The notes below the pieces were generated by a model that was not told the DNA's origin, did no database searches, and saw only the letters and a program-made list of their open reading frames with translations. Shown in pieces: positions 24,670 to 36,162 of a DNA stretch of 64,000 nucleotides (position 1 is the first letter of the stretch; each line of letters opens with the position of its first letter). The stretch lies in assembly GCA_002269645.1 (NCBI GenBank), contig NIVC01001433.1, forward strand, positions 201,438-265,437. Direction: 5' to 3'. Source of the DNA: Macrostomum lignano. Its lineage: Eukaryota. The translations under genes were made by a program, and so were the position numbers.

Positions 24670-24960
24670 GCCCGCTCAGGGCTTGTGTCTCTTCTCAGCT
24701 ATCTTCTCTTCTCTCTCTTCTTTCCCCTCTCCCCTCTCCTCTTCTCTCCCCTCTCCCCTCTTATTCTCTCCTCTCTGTGCCCTCTACCCTCTTTTCTCTT
24801 TCCTCTCTTCTCCCTCTCCCTTCTCTCCCTCTCTTCTCTATCTGTTTTCCTCTTCCCTCTGCCCTGTCTACCCTCTTCTCTTTTTTATCTTTTCTCTAAT
24901 CCCATTCCCCGCCTCTCCTCTCTTCTCTCATTTTTCGTCTTCCATTCCCTTTCATTTCCA
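24670..24960. repeat. CT-rich low-complexity tract
   Basis: Polypyrimidine (CTCT/CTT) runs; similar tracts at ~34030-34180, ~45775-45925 and ~57740-57885. Confidence 0.85.
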
Positions 24961-25984
24961 CTCTCATCTGGCCCTTGAGGTAATAAAGGTTTCCGACCCC
25001 TGCTATAAGATCTTGTATTAATAAAAAATCTGTTTGTAGTTATAAAGATTATACTACTAACTTGAGCAGTAGCATAACAGCACAATGGGCCTATTTTAGT
25101 AATTCTACTACTGTAGTGTCCGTTCATCGGGGACTAATTTCGAACAATATAATTTTATTTGTTTTGGTATCCTCGGAGACTTATTTGTGTTATTTAATTG
25201 TCGAAAAAATCTCCCGTCCCTACTTGTTTGTTTATTTATTAGTTTCCCGTCTTTAACTAAATGGATGTAGCTTTAGGCACACAAATTTGTAACTGATAAT
25301 TAATTGGTAAATGCGGTACATGTATGATGAGCCATCTGTTAGATTTATCCAGTGGCTTGAACAGGATAAGTAGGCATCTAAATGCCACTTTTGTTATATT
25401 TTAGTTTTGCCTGCTCATTTGCTTCATTTTATGATTGGAAACTGTGTTAAAATTGTGGCAGAGAAGGCCCTGCCGTTTATATTATATTTAATATTTAGCT
25501 TTCTCCAAAGGTGCGAATTTGCGAAAGCCTCTGGCCCCCTCCCTCTTCTGCTTATATCTGACTCAAGTCATTTGTGTTTGCTAATCGATGTCTTTGTCAG
25601 AAGAATTTCTCTTTTTTGGCCTTCTCTCTGCACCATTATTAAGCAAAATTTTCCTGTCCTGTTTTTTCTCCAATGCCTATGCTGTCTTCTCCGAGCTGAC
25701 TTCTGTCCTAAATGTGCAAGCCTGCTATACACACACGAAATATTGAATTTATTCTGTTGCTTTTTGTATTTGAATTTGTCAGTTCAACTACCAACAAAAT
25801 TTAATTTTTAGCTGACAATGGCGAGAGGTGCGAGATCTGACTGTGGGTCTCTGGCAAACTTGCTTGTTAGCTAAACTCCGAATTTCATGCCCTTGATGCT
25901 AATTATGAACCGTTTTTGCCTTGTTAATTTATTTACTCTTGGTTTAGATAGGAAACATGATCCCCCCATCTCCCGGTGCCTCCT

Positions 25985-26320
25985 GCAGCCCTCATTCCCA
26001 CAGCTCCCCAGATTCGCATCCCACAGATTCCCATCCCACAGCTCCCCATCCCACAGATTTCAATCACACAGATTCGCATCCCACAGATTCCCATCCTACA
26101 GATTTCCATCCCACAGATTTCAATACCACAGCTCCCAATCACACAGATTCCCATCCCACAGCTCCCCATCTCACTGCTCCCCATCATACAGATTTTAATC
26201 CCACAGATTTCTATCCCACAGCTCCCCATCCCAAAGATGCAGATCCCCATCCCACAGCTCCCCATCCCACATCTCCCCATCAGCTCCCCATCCCACAGAT
26301 CCCCATCCCACAGCTCCACA
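25985..26320. repeat. (CCCCATCCCACAG-AT/CT)n ~15-bp C-rich satellite upstream of CYLD copy 1
   Basis: Strand-asymmetric tandem repeat; the minus strand is (GGGATGGGG)-rich. Confidence 0.9.
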
Positions 26321-26454
26321 ACACCAGCAACTAAACAAATTCCTGACCAACAACGAATGCATTTTTATTTTTTTAAGTATTTTAAAACCCTATGTTTAAA
26401 TTTCAAGCGTAAACCAATGCATGCGAAGATTGCTATTTTAACAAGCAATTGGTG

Positions 26455-29400
26455 ATGGAAAGTTTGGTAAAAGTGCGTCAGATTGAGCTGCCTAGCGACA
26501 CGGCAAACGCTGGCAGTTTCAAGTTTTTCATGAATCGGTACAAAACGCCTGTCGCCGGAAAAAATGGAAACAAAGATCAGCTGGATTCTGGCTTATTTTG
26601 GGTTAATGCACCTGACAGTGGAGGTGCAAATCAACTTGCACCATTGTATCGCTCATTGGAGTTCGAATCCTTGTTTTGCCAGATGTATAAAGGCGAAAAA
26701 ATGCCCTTAACAGTTGAACAAGCCCGGATTTTGCTAGCTGTGCCAATACACAAGCGATACGATTTTTGTGTTTCGAGTAATTTTCAATTGGCCCAACGCT
26801 TCCAAGTTGGTAGCATCGTGTCTGTTCGCGATCCCAGTTTTGTTGAGAAGCTAGGTTTGTACTCTCTTTTTGAGTCTCTGCAAGTACTTAAGGTTTCCTT
26901 TGCAATAGGAAAACCGGGTAATTTTTCGCTCAGAGTTTGAGTCATTCATTTCGAGGCACGAAATATTGGCCTTGGAGTTGTCTTATGATTCACAGCCATT
27001 ATGGCCGACCTCCAAGCTACAGACTACATGCCTGACGATTTAGAAAGTCAAAGAACCGCTGTACAGCCTGTGTGAGCGTGTGTTTGATTGCGTGCTTGCG
27101 TTAAGGATTGGTACGCTAGGTTGTGTGTGCTCATGAGTCAGCGGAGTGCTCGTCTACAATATAGCGTTCTTTTTACTCCAAATCATTTTGGTTGCCCTTG
27201 AAAAATCCGAATTTTTAACTGGCTTACATTAATTTGATTTTTTAGAGCCGATAAAATCGTTAAAGTGTCAAGTTCGGTTCAAAGGTGTTCTGCCTAGCAG
27301 GACAAAACCGAAAGACCCAGACGGTCTCTATTTTGGTTTTGTCAGCTGCGATCCAAAAGTAGATGACGGCCAGCCATTGATAATATCCGTGTTGGCTCTT
27401 TCTGACACTCAAAACCTGTTGAAAGTGCGCCCAGAGGAAGCTCGCGATCGCCGATTGATTCTAGCGGACGCTCGCTGGTTGGATCCGGTTCAAGATTGCC
27501 CAGCTGACCAGCTGTTTAACATTAACGATCGGGTAGTGCTGCAGTTGGACGCCAGACAGAATGAGTACAGGCGCGGCCTGATCAAATGGCTGGGTAGACT
27601 GGATGCAAACGGACCAAAACATCTGGCTGGCGTGGAGTTTGACCATCGAGTTCCCAATTCGTCATGTTGGTTGGGCAATCGTTGTCTGTTTGAAGGCAAA
27701 CCCGAGTGTTGTCTCATTGTTGAAGAGGCCCATTTGCAGCGAGAGGAAGACTTTGATCGTAAAATGGCAGGTTGGTTGAGTTGCCCTCGATTTTGCCTAG
27801 GATTGAATGACTTTGATGAATTTAGTATTTCGTAAGTTAAATCTATAGAATTGAGTTTCTGCTAGTATTTGTAGGATTAGTAGTGCTGTTTGTTAATGCT
27901 TTTTTGACAGACCAAAGCTGTACTGTATAAATGCTGTATTTGAGAATACAATGCTGTAGTTGATAATACAGAGCTGTACAAATGCTTTACTTAAGAATGA
28001 AATGCTGTAAAAATGCTGTACTTGATAATGCAAGGCTGTACAACTGCTGTACTGCTCATATTTTGTAGAGAGCCGCGCCAATGCTGGCCGAATTTATCAG
28101 CCGCCTGCTCAGCCTCCCAACTCATCTGATCCACGTCGCGACGAGGCGCAGGCACTGATGGAGAGTAAAGGCATTCGAATCGACTTGCATGTCAATTTAA
28201 CATTCCTGGACAAGGTCGGCATGGTTATGTGGTTCGGTTTCATTCCAAACCAAACAGATCTGGTTGTTGGCGTTGCTCTTGATGACAACGAAGGAGTTGA
28301 ACGCGGAGGCCACGGGTTCGTGCCTTCTAGCCAAGTGCGAGCCGTGCATCCAGATGTTCAGCCTGATCTGTGGTTCACCTTTCTGGATGCCATTGAGCCA
28401 GCGCAAAATGCCAATAGTCAGGCCGATCGTCCCAGAGGAGCCGAGGCTCTGCCTCACCAATTTGGCAGTGGCGACTTCGAAACCATTGCGGGTCCAACTG
28501 AGCCTCGAATTCGCCTAGAAGACTTGGACAATTTGGTCGGTCGCAATCGCGGTGTCCAGGGACATCACAACTCTTGTTATCTTGACTCAACGCTGTTCGC
28601 CATGTTTGCCACCGTTGACGCATTCGATGGCGTCCTAGAGCGGCCTGGTCAGGCTAAAGACATCGATAATTATGAAGAAATCAAGAATACTTTGCGCGAA
28701 GGTATTGTAAACTGTTTGAGAAGGTGAGCGACACTCCTACCCTGACCTACAGTTGTATATTGTATTTGTGTTTTCATATATTTCTACCACTGTCAAATGC
28801 TTTTAGAAACAAGTTTGTCAGCGCTGGACAAGTTCTGAAGCTGCGAAAATGTCTTAACGATCTCGACATCATTCCAGGAATGATGGGCGAAGAAAAAGGT
28901 GATTTAATATAAGACTAGTCTACTTTAATCCTCAAACTGGGTCTCTACTCTCCCAGATCCCTAGTCTGGGTCCCTACTGTTTACCAGATCTCTATAGGCT
29001 GGGTCCCTACTCCTTCTCAGATCCCTAGGCTGAGTCCCTACTCTCCCATATCCCCAGACTAAGTCCCTACTCTCCCAGATCCCTAGGCTGGGTCCCTACT
29101 CTCTCATCCATAGGGACTCAGGATTGAGGCTGAGTTCCTACTCTCCCAGATCCCTACGCTGGGTCCCTACTCCTCAGGATTGAGGCTGAGTTCCTACTCT
29201 CCCAGATCCCTAGGCTGAGTTCCTACGCTCCCAGATCCCTAGGCTGAGTCCCTACTCTCCCTGATCTCCTGGCTAAGTCCCTACTCTCCCAGATCCTCAG
29301 GCTAAGTCCCTACTCTCCCAGATCCCCAGTAAACATAAGATACCTTTTTATCCTCATTTCGTTTTCAACCCAACCCGCAGATCCCGAGGAGTTCATCAAC

Positions 29401-32073
29401 CTGCTGCTGGACCACGCGCTCCGTCATGAGCCGTTCATCAAACTGAGCACTGGGCAGAGCTCCCATGTGCTGCAGCTGTTTCTTGATCGGGCCGATTTGC
29501 CTTTCGAACAGCAGAAGCAGCAACAGCAGGTGTGTGATCTTTGAACGATAAGAAGATTATAAAAATCTCAGCGAATTCATTATTTTATGTGTATACCGGA
29601 TATGCAGCAAAAAACTTTCATATAAGTTTTTATTAATAATCTATTGGCTAAAGGACTAGCAATCACACTGATATTAAATAAGCCTTCTATATAATTGTTT
29701 TTTGACATAAGAAATTTGTGAAGCTAAAATAGCTGTCGCATTCCCTGATATCATCGCCTAGGGATCAGCTTTCCGGCTTTTGAGCAACTCCCTCATCAGC
29801 CATGGCATCTCAGCAACTCCCCATTGAGCCAATTGGCATCTCAGCAACTCCCCATTGAGCCATGGCATCTCAGCAACTCCCCATTGAGCCATGGCATCTC
29901 AGAAACTCCTCCTTGAGCCATGACATGACAGCAACGCTTGTATAATTTGCGTTCCCACAGCAGCAGCAGCAGCCGCATTCCACTGGTGCACGCGAGCACA
30001 TCGCGGACACTGAGACCCTGCTGCACCTGTCGCTAATCCAGAGCAACATCCAGTTTAGCGAGCCGCCGCAGTGCCTGATTCTGCAGATGCCTCGATCTGG
30101 GAAGTCATATAAGATGTTCCACCGCATCCTGCCAGTGCTGCAGTTGAACATCACCAACCTGCTGCCAGACACCGCCAGGGCCTGCAACATCTGCGGCAAC
30201 TTTGCCACTATCGAGTGCCATCAGTGCTTTCTCAAGCACGACTCCGGTCGCGATTACACCTATTGCGAACCTTGCTACAATACGTTTGCGGATCACAGAA
30301 AAGGGAAAACGCATGAGCCAATCAAGATTAAATATCCTAAGCATATCCTGGAGCAATATCAGAATCCTGGACAGGTGGTTGAAAGTCAGACTGTCATGGA
30401 TCTGCTGGCTGTTGTCTGTATTTGCACCAGTCACTACGTCTGCTTCTTGCGGGCCGAGCCCAACCACTGGCTGTTCTTCGATAGCATGGCCGATAGGGAG
30501 GGCGGTGAGTTCAGACTAGCTACTCGCCTCAGCATCCTCTCTCTCTCTCATCGTCTTGCATTCCATCCCCAATTCCCATTTCATCCCAATCCCCTTGCCA
30601 TCCCCATTCCATCCCAGTAGTAGGGGTAAGCAGGGCGACAGGGCGGAGATACGAGTAAGAGGCGGGGTAGTGCATTGGGATAGGAGGAGGCCGCCTATCT
30701 CTCAACATAAAGATGGTTAACACTGCAGAGATAGGCGGAGAGGCGGCCTATCTCTTTGTACTTGGGACGGTTAACACTGCAGAGATAGGAGGAGAGGCGG
30801 CCTATCTCTTTGTACTTGGGACGGTTAACACTGTAGAGATAGGAGGAGAGGCGGCCTATCTCTTTGTACTTGGAATGGTTAACACTGCATAGATAGGAGG
30901 AGAGGCGGCCTATCTCTTTGTACTTGGAATGGTTAACACTGTAGAGATAGGAGGAGAGGCGGCCTATCTCTTTGTACTTGGAATGGTTAACACTGCATAG
31001 ATAGGAGGAGAGGCGGCCTATCTCTTTGTACTTGGAATGGTTAACACTGTAGAGATAGGAGGAGAGGCGGCCTATCTCTTTGTACTTGGGACGGTTAACA
31101 CTGCATAGATAGGAGGGGAGGCGGCCTATCTCTTTGTACTGGGGACGGTTAACACTGTAGAGATAGGAGGAGAGGCGGCCTATCTCTTTGTACTTGGGAC
31201 GGTTAACACTGCATAGATAGGAGGAGAGGCGGCCTATCTCTTTGTACTTGGGACGGTTAACACTGCATAGATAGGAGGGGAGGCGGCCTATCTCTTTGTA
31301 CTTGGGACGGTTAACACTGCAGAGATAGGAGGAGAGGCAGCCTATCTCTTTGTACTTGGGACGGTTAACACTGCAGAGATAAGATGGAGTGGGTTAGTTG
31401 AATGAATGCTTAATGTTTCCAGGTACAATATATGGCGTCCAGTAATTGACCCAATAGACTTATCTATTATCAGTAAGTACACTTAGTAAAGCAACAAAGA
31501 CCAGCCAGTAAACACTGTACAGTGCATGCAAGAAAAAACAGCTAAATCCAGGCCAATCCAGGCCCCAGACAGTTACTCTGCAGCAGCCACCCTTTCTAAT
31601 TTGTCCAGGTAGTAAAATTGTTTTTTTGTGTGCAAAAGTTAGCCGCCTCCCCTATCTCTACAGTGTTGAGCATCCCCAGTACAAAGAGATAGGCCGCCTC
31701 TCCTCCTATCTCTGCAATGTTAACTGTCTCTATGTTGAGAGATAGGCCGCCTCCTCCTATCCCAATGCACTACCCCGCCTCCTATCTCCGCCGTGTTGGC
31801 CGTGTTCTGCTAACCCCTACTACTCATCCCCATCCCCATCCCTATGCCACCCCCATTTTAACCAGTTCATAAATGATTGAATTTCCAGGCTGCAACGATG
31901 GCTACAACATCCCGGAGGTGACCCGCGTCGATGGCCTTGAAGAGTGGCTTCGCGATCTTCAAGGCAAGACAGGCAACGCACCGCCTCCAGAACAGGGCAA
32001 CCGCCTGCTAGAGGATTGCTATCTGTGTTTCTACGGCAATCCAAGATCTGTGCCCTTCCCTAGCAGCTCCTGA
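26455..32073 (+). CDS. CYLD: CYLD K63/M1 deubiquitinase, copy 1 (intact, 849 aa)
   Basis: Exons 26455-26854, 27246-27770, 28069-28723, 28807-28898, 29381-29529, 29961-30504, 31889-32073 (2550 nt, no internal stops). Three CAP-Gly-like segments (best: GLIKWLGRL...LAGVEFD), Cys-box QGHHNSCYLDSTLFAMF, EEKDPEEFINLL, QMPRSGK, B-box cysteines, His/Asp boxes TSHYV and FFDSMADREG, GYNIPEV, LLEDCYLCFY. Confidence 0.95.
28925..29330. repeat. 29-bp minisatellite in CYLD intron 4
   Basis: Unit GACTAAGTCCCTACTCTCCCAGATCCCCA; homologous arrays at 38915-39556, 50660-51302 and 61715-61775. Confidence 0.9.
30616..31824. mobile_element. Non-autonomous Polinton/Maverick-like element (mini-Maverick) in CYLD copy 1 intron 6, 1209 bp
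   Basis: Begins AGTAGTAGGGGTAAGCAG and ends CTGCTAACCCCTACTACT; ~180-bp imperfect TIRs; 6-bp TSD CATCCC (30610-30615 and 31825-31830); internal 54-bp minisatellite (30713-31380) plus a ~260-bp unique core. Confidence 0.7.
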
Positions 32074-32602
32074 AGTAATATTGAAAACCATATACTTCGT
32101 TTTAAACGTTTTCGTCTTCTTTGAGATTCAACATCGTTTTTATTTATCAAATTTGCGATTCTCTCTTTTCTCAGTAAATAATATAATTTGTAAATATTTT
32201 TAATAAGAGGAATGCGAAAGCTATTAAAACCAATAACGGAGGATTAAACTCGGAGAAAAACGGTTCAACTTTCAAAACAAATAAGAGTCTACAATACGAG
32301 ACAGACGCTTGTATAGAACTTAACTTTAATAATAATTTTAAGTCTGTTGTTACTCCAGAATCGGCATAAAATACTTTTATATACTACTTGCAGTAGTAAA
32401 AAAAGTGGTAGCTTAAGCGCCGGAAGCATATAATGTATACACATACAACGTTTGTATTGGACCAAATTGATTAATTTTTAATTAAATGAGTTTTCTTTTC
32501 ATATATTTCTGGTTGGTGATCTGATGTGTACCATTTATTCCACTGTAATTGCATATTTCTACGCCGTCTCACCCAGTGATTAAACGATTTAATGCCATCA
32601 TC

Positions 32603-33540
32603 CAGGGGCGTCGCCACCGGGGGGACATGCTAATGCTTTGTCATGCCAATGCTCCACCCCATCTTGTGACCCGTTATGGAAATCAATAATTTTGCTTACG
32701 GGCTCCAAAGCATAGCGCCTGCGGCACCAAAATGAGTGCCTTCGGCGCCAAAATGAATGTCTGTGGCGCCAAAATGAATGTCTGTGGTGCCAAAATAAGT
32801 GACTGTGGCGCCAAAATGAGTGACTGTGGCGCCAAAATGAGTGACTGTGGTGCCAAAATAAGTGACTGTGGCGCCAAAATGAGTGACTGTGGCACCAAAA
32901 TGAGTGACTGTGGCACCATAATGAGTGACTGTGGCGCCAAAATGAGTGACTGTGGCACCAAAATGAGTGACTGTGGCGCCAAAATGAGTGACTGTGGCAC
33001 CAAAATGAGTGACTGTGGCGCCAAAATAAGTGACTGTGGCACCAAAATGAGTGACTGTGGCACCAAAATGAGTGACTGTGGCGCCAAAATGAGTGACTGT
33101 GGCGCCAAAATGAGTGACTGTGGCGCCAAAATGAGTGACTGTGGCGCAAAATAAGTGACTGTGGCGCAAAAATGAGTGACTGTGGCACCAAAATGAGTGA
33201 CTGTGGCGCCAAAATAAGTGACTGTGGCGCCAAAATGAGTGACTGTGGCACCAAAATGAGTGACTGTGGCGCCAAAATAAGTGACTGTGGCACCAAAATG
33301 AGTGACTGTGGCACCAAAATGAGTGACTGTGGCGCCAAAATAAGTGACTGTGGCACCAAAATGAGTGACTGTGGCGCCAAAATGAGTGACTACTGCGCCA
33401 GAATGAGTGACTGTGGCATCAAAATGAGCGCTGACAACACCAATTCTCAAAATAATGTACATGTAGTTATTTAGTCATGTACATGCAGAATTCTTGGCTT
33501 TGTCCCCTTCCCCACCATAAAATCCATGGCGACGCCTCCG
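32603..33540. mobile_element. hAT-like MITE carrying a 21-bp minisatellite (AAAATGAGTGACTGTGGCGCC)n
   Basis: TIR CAGGGGCGTCGCCA / TGGCGACGCCTCCG (12/14 match); 8-bp TSD CCATCATC / TCATCATC (7/8); subterminal GGGGGACA / TGTCCCC; array at 32725-33430. Confidence 0.7.
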
Positions 33541-34244
33541 TCATCATCAATCAATAAAAAATTATTCAATCGAATGTGATTCTCAATGAAAGTTTTAATT
33601 GTTTTGTCTCGATGTTTATTTTTTTCTTAATCCCTATTTATTATCATCATCACACCTGTAAATGTGTAGAATGTGTAAAATGCTTATCCAGATCGACCCC
33701 TGCTGTGCTGATGCAGAGGGTTTTCTTGCTTTTTTGCAAAAAAAATTAATTCATTCTGTACTAAAAACAAAACAAAGTGAAATCAACTTTTTAGACAAGC
33801 CTGTTATATTTTAAACGAGAAATGTACTCGTATCAGCAAACATTATGACTAAATATTATTGAAAACTGAATCGTAGCTTGACTTGTCTTGGCATGTTTTT
33901 ATTTATCCAGATTAGTACAAGCTGAACCTGGCGACCCACAACAGATGCAATTTTGTATTTTAAATGTTGGTAATTACTGTATTTCACTTCTAAATCCTTT
34001 CAAACTTCACAATGGCAATCCGGCCCGCTCAGCTCTCTTCTCCACAATCTCTCATCTCTGCTCTCGTCTTCTATTTCTCTCCTCTCCACTTTTTTATCTT
34101 TTTTCTCTTCTCTCCTTCTCTCTCTTGTCCTTCTTCTCCTCTCTTCTCCTTATATTCCCTTGCTTCTTCTTTCTCCCTCTGGCCCACAATCATGCGCTAA
34201 GTTATCTTGCATTGCATTCCCAATGAGTCTATTTTATTAATTCC

Positions 34245-35135
34245 CATCCTACTGATTCCCACCTCACAGCTCCCCATCCCACAGATTCCCATCCCAAAGA
34301 TTCCCATCCCACATCTCCCATCCCACAGCTCCCCATCCCACAGATTCCCATCCCAAAGATTCCCATCCCACATCTCCCATCCCACAGCTCCCTATCCCAC
34401 AGATTCCCATCCCACAGATCCCCATCCCACATCTCCCATCCCACAGATCCCCATCCCACATCTCCCATCCCACAGATCCCCATCCCCACAGCTCCCCATC
34501 CCACAGATTCCCATCCCACAGCCCCCCATCCCACAGATCCCCATCCCAACAGATTCCCATCCCACAGCCCCCCATCCCACAGATCCCCATCCCACAGATT
34601 CCCATCCCACAGCTCCCCATCCCACAGATTCCCATCCCACAGATTCCCATCTCACATCTCCCATCCCACAGCTCCCATCCCACAGATCCCCATCCCACAG
34701 ATTCCCATCCCACAGATCCCCATCCCACAGATTCCCATCCCACAGATCCCCATCTCACATCTCCCATCCCACAGCTCCCATCCCACAGATCCCCATCCCA
34801 CAGATTCCCATCCCACAGATCCCCATCCCACAGCTCCTATCCTACAGATCCCCATTCCACAGATTCCCATCCCACAGATCCCCATCCCACAGCTCCCATC
34901 CCACAGCTCCCATCCCACAGCTCCCAATCCACACAGCTCCCTATCCCACAGCTCCCCATCCCACAGATTCCCATCCCACAGATCCCCATCCCACAGATCC
35001 CCATCCCACAGCTCCCATCCCACAGCTCCCATCCCACAGCTCCCATCCCACAGCTCCCAATCCCCACAGCTCCCCATCCCACAGATCCCCACCCCACAGC
35101 TCCCATGCCACAGCTCCCCATTCCACAGCTCCCAC
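34245..35135. repeat. C-rich CCCCATCCCACAG satellite upstream of CYLD copy 2
   Basis: ~890-bp tandem array; source of the many spurious PIPQ/MGICG ORFs. Confidence 0.92.
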
Positions 35136-35804
35136 AATGCCAGTAGCTCAACTACTTCCTGTCCAACAAAAGTTGCATTTATTTTTCAAGTGAATTCAGT
35201 ACCTATAGATTCAACTTCAAGCGCAAACCAATGCATGCGAAGATTGCTTTTTTATCAAGCAATTGATGATGGAAAGTTTGGTAAAAAAGCGCCAGATTGA
35301 GCTGCCTAGCGACACAGAAAATCCCGGCAGTTTTAAGTGTTTCATAAATCGGTACAAAACGTCTGTCACCGTAAAAATTGGAAACAAAGATCAGATAGAA
35401 ACAAGGAAGCATCAGATGGATTCTGGCCTATTGTGGCTTATTGCACCTGACAGTGGAGGTGCAAATCAACTTGCACCATTGTATCGCTCATTGGAGTTCG
35501 AATCCTTGTATTGCCAGATGCATCCAGACGATAGAGTGGCTTTAACAGTTGAACAGGCCCGGATTTTGCTACCTGTGCCAGTACACAAGCGATTAAATTT
35601 TTGTCTTTCGAATAGTTTCCAAGTGGCCCAACGCTGCCAAGTTGGTAGCATCGTGTCTGTTCGCGATCCGAGTTGTTTTGAGAAGCAAGGTTTGTTTTTT
35701 ATCTCTGAGTCTGATCAAAGTTTCTTTTTTAATAGGCATACTGGTTCATTTTTTCGCTCAATTAGATTTCAAGTCAAAAGCATTCTAACTTCATTTAAGT
35801 CTGA

Positions 35805-36125
35805 GACAGCGCAGCTCAGCGGTAAACGCGTCGTACTAAATCGTACCACGACCCCTGGTTCGACTCCTTGCACGGGCACATTCAGAGCTTGTGTTCACTA
35901 AAATAGGACAGGGGTTTGTGCGATTTACAGCCATGGAGGCCAGCCCCAAAGGCACAGGGAGTGTACATGCCTGACGACTAGAAAGTCAGGGCCACTGTAC
36001 ACCCTGTGTGAGCGTGTGCCTGCCTGCGTAATGTATTGGCGTGCTTGTATGTGCTCAGGAGTGATCGGAATAGGCAGAATTGCCTCAGTGCTCGTCTACC
36101 ATAGAGGATAGTCTACTACTATTCT
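35805..36125 (+). mobile_element. tRNA-derived SINE in CYLD copy 2 intron 1
   Basis: A-box AGCTCAGCGGTAAA, B-box GGTTCGACTCC, body with a CCTGAC/GTCAGG hairpin, (CTA)n-like tail; head-less older relics at ~26985-27160 and ~59905-60080. Confidence 0.65.
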
Positions 36126-36162
36126 AGGCTACGATATCGGCTTCTTTTTAATTCTACATGTA

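Noticed and set aside
24657-25021. Hydrophobic Leu/Ser/Phe/Pro ORFs (also at 33888-34226 and 45633-45971)
   Set aside because: Translations of CT-rich low-complexity DNA.
32598-35193. Large repeat ORFs (APQSLIL, GATVTHF, MSDCGAK, PIPQ, MGICG) here and in the duplicates at 44342-47046 and 55976-59780
   Set aside because: Open frames arise because the 21-bp and 15-bp repeat units lack stops; all frames and both strands are open.
35805-35880. tRNA gene (also at ~5325, ~16920 and ~47551)
   Set aside because: A and B boxes are present, but there is no paired acceptor stem or clear anticodon arm, and each continues into a repeat body; these are SINE heads.
35965-36005. CTGACGA...GAAA as a hammerhead ribozyme core
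   Set aside because: Only 3-4 nt separate CUGANGA and GAAA (no stem II); the segment folds better as a simple CCTGAC/GTCAGG hairpin.
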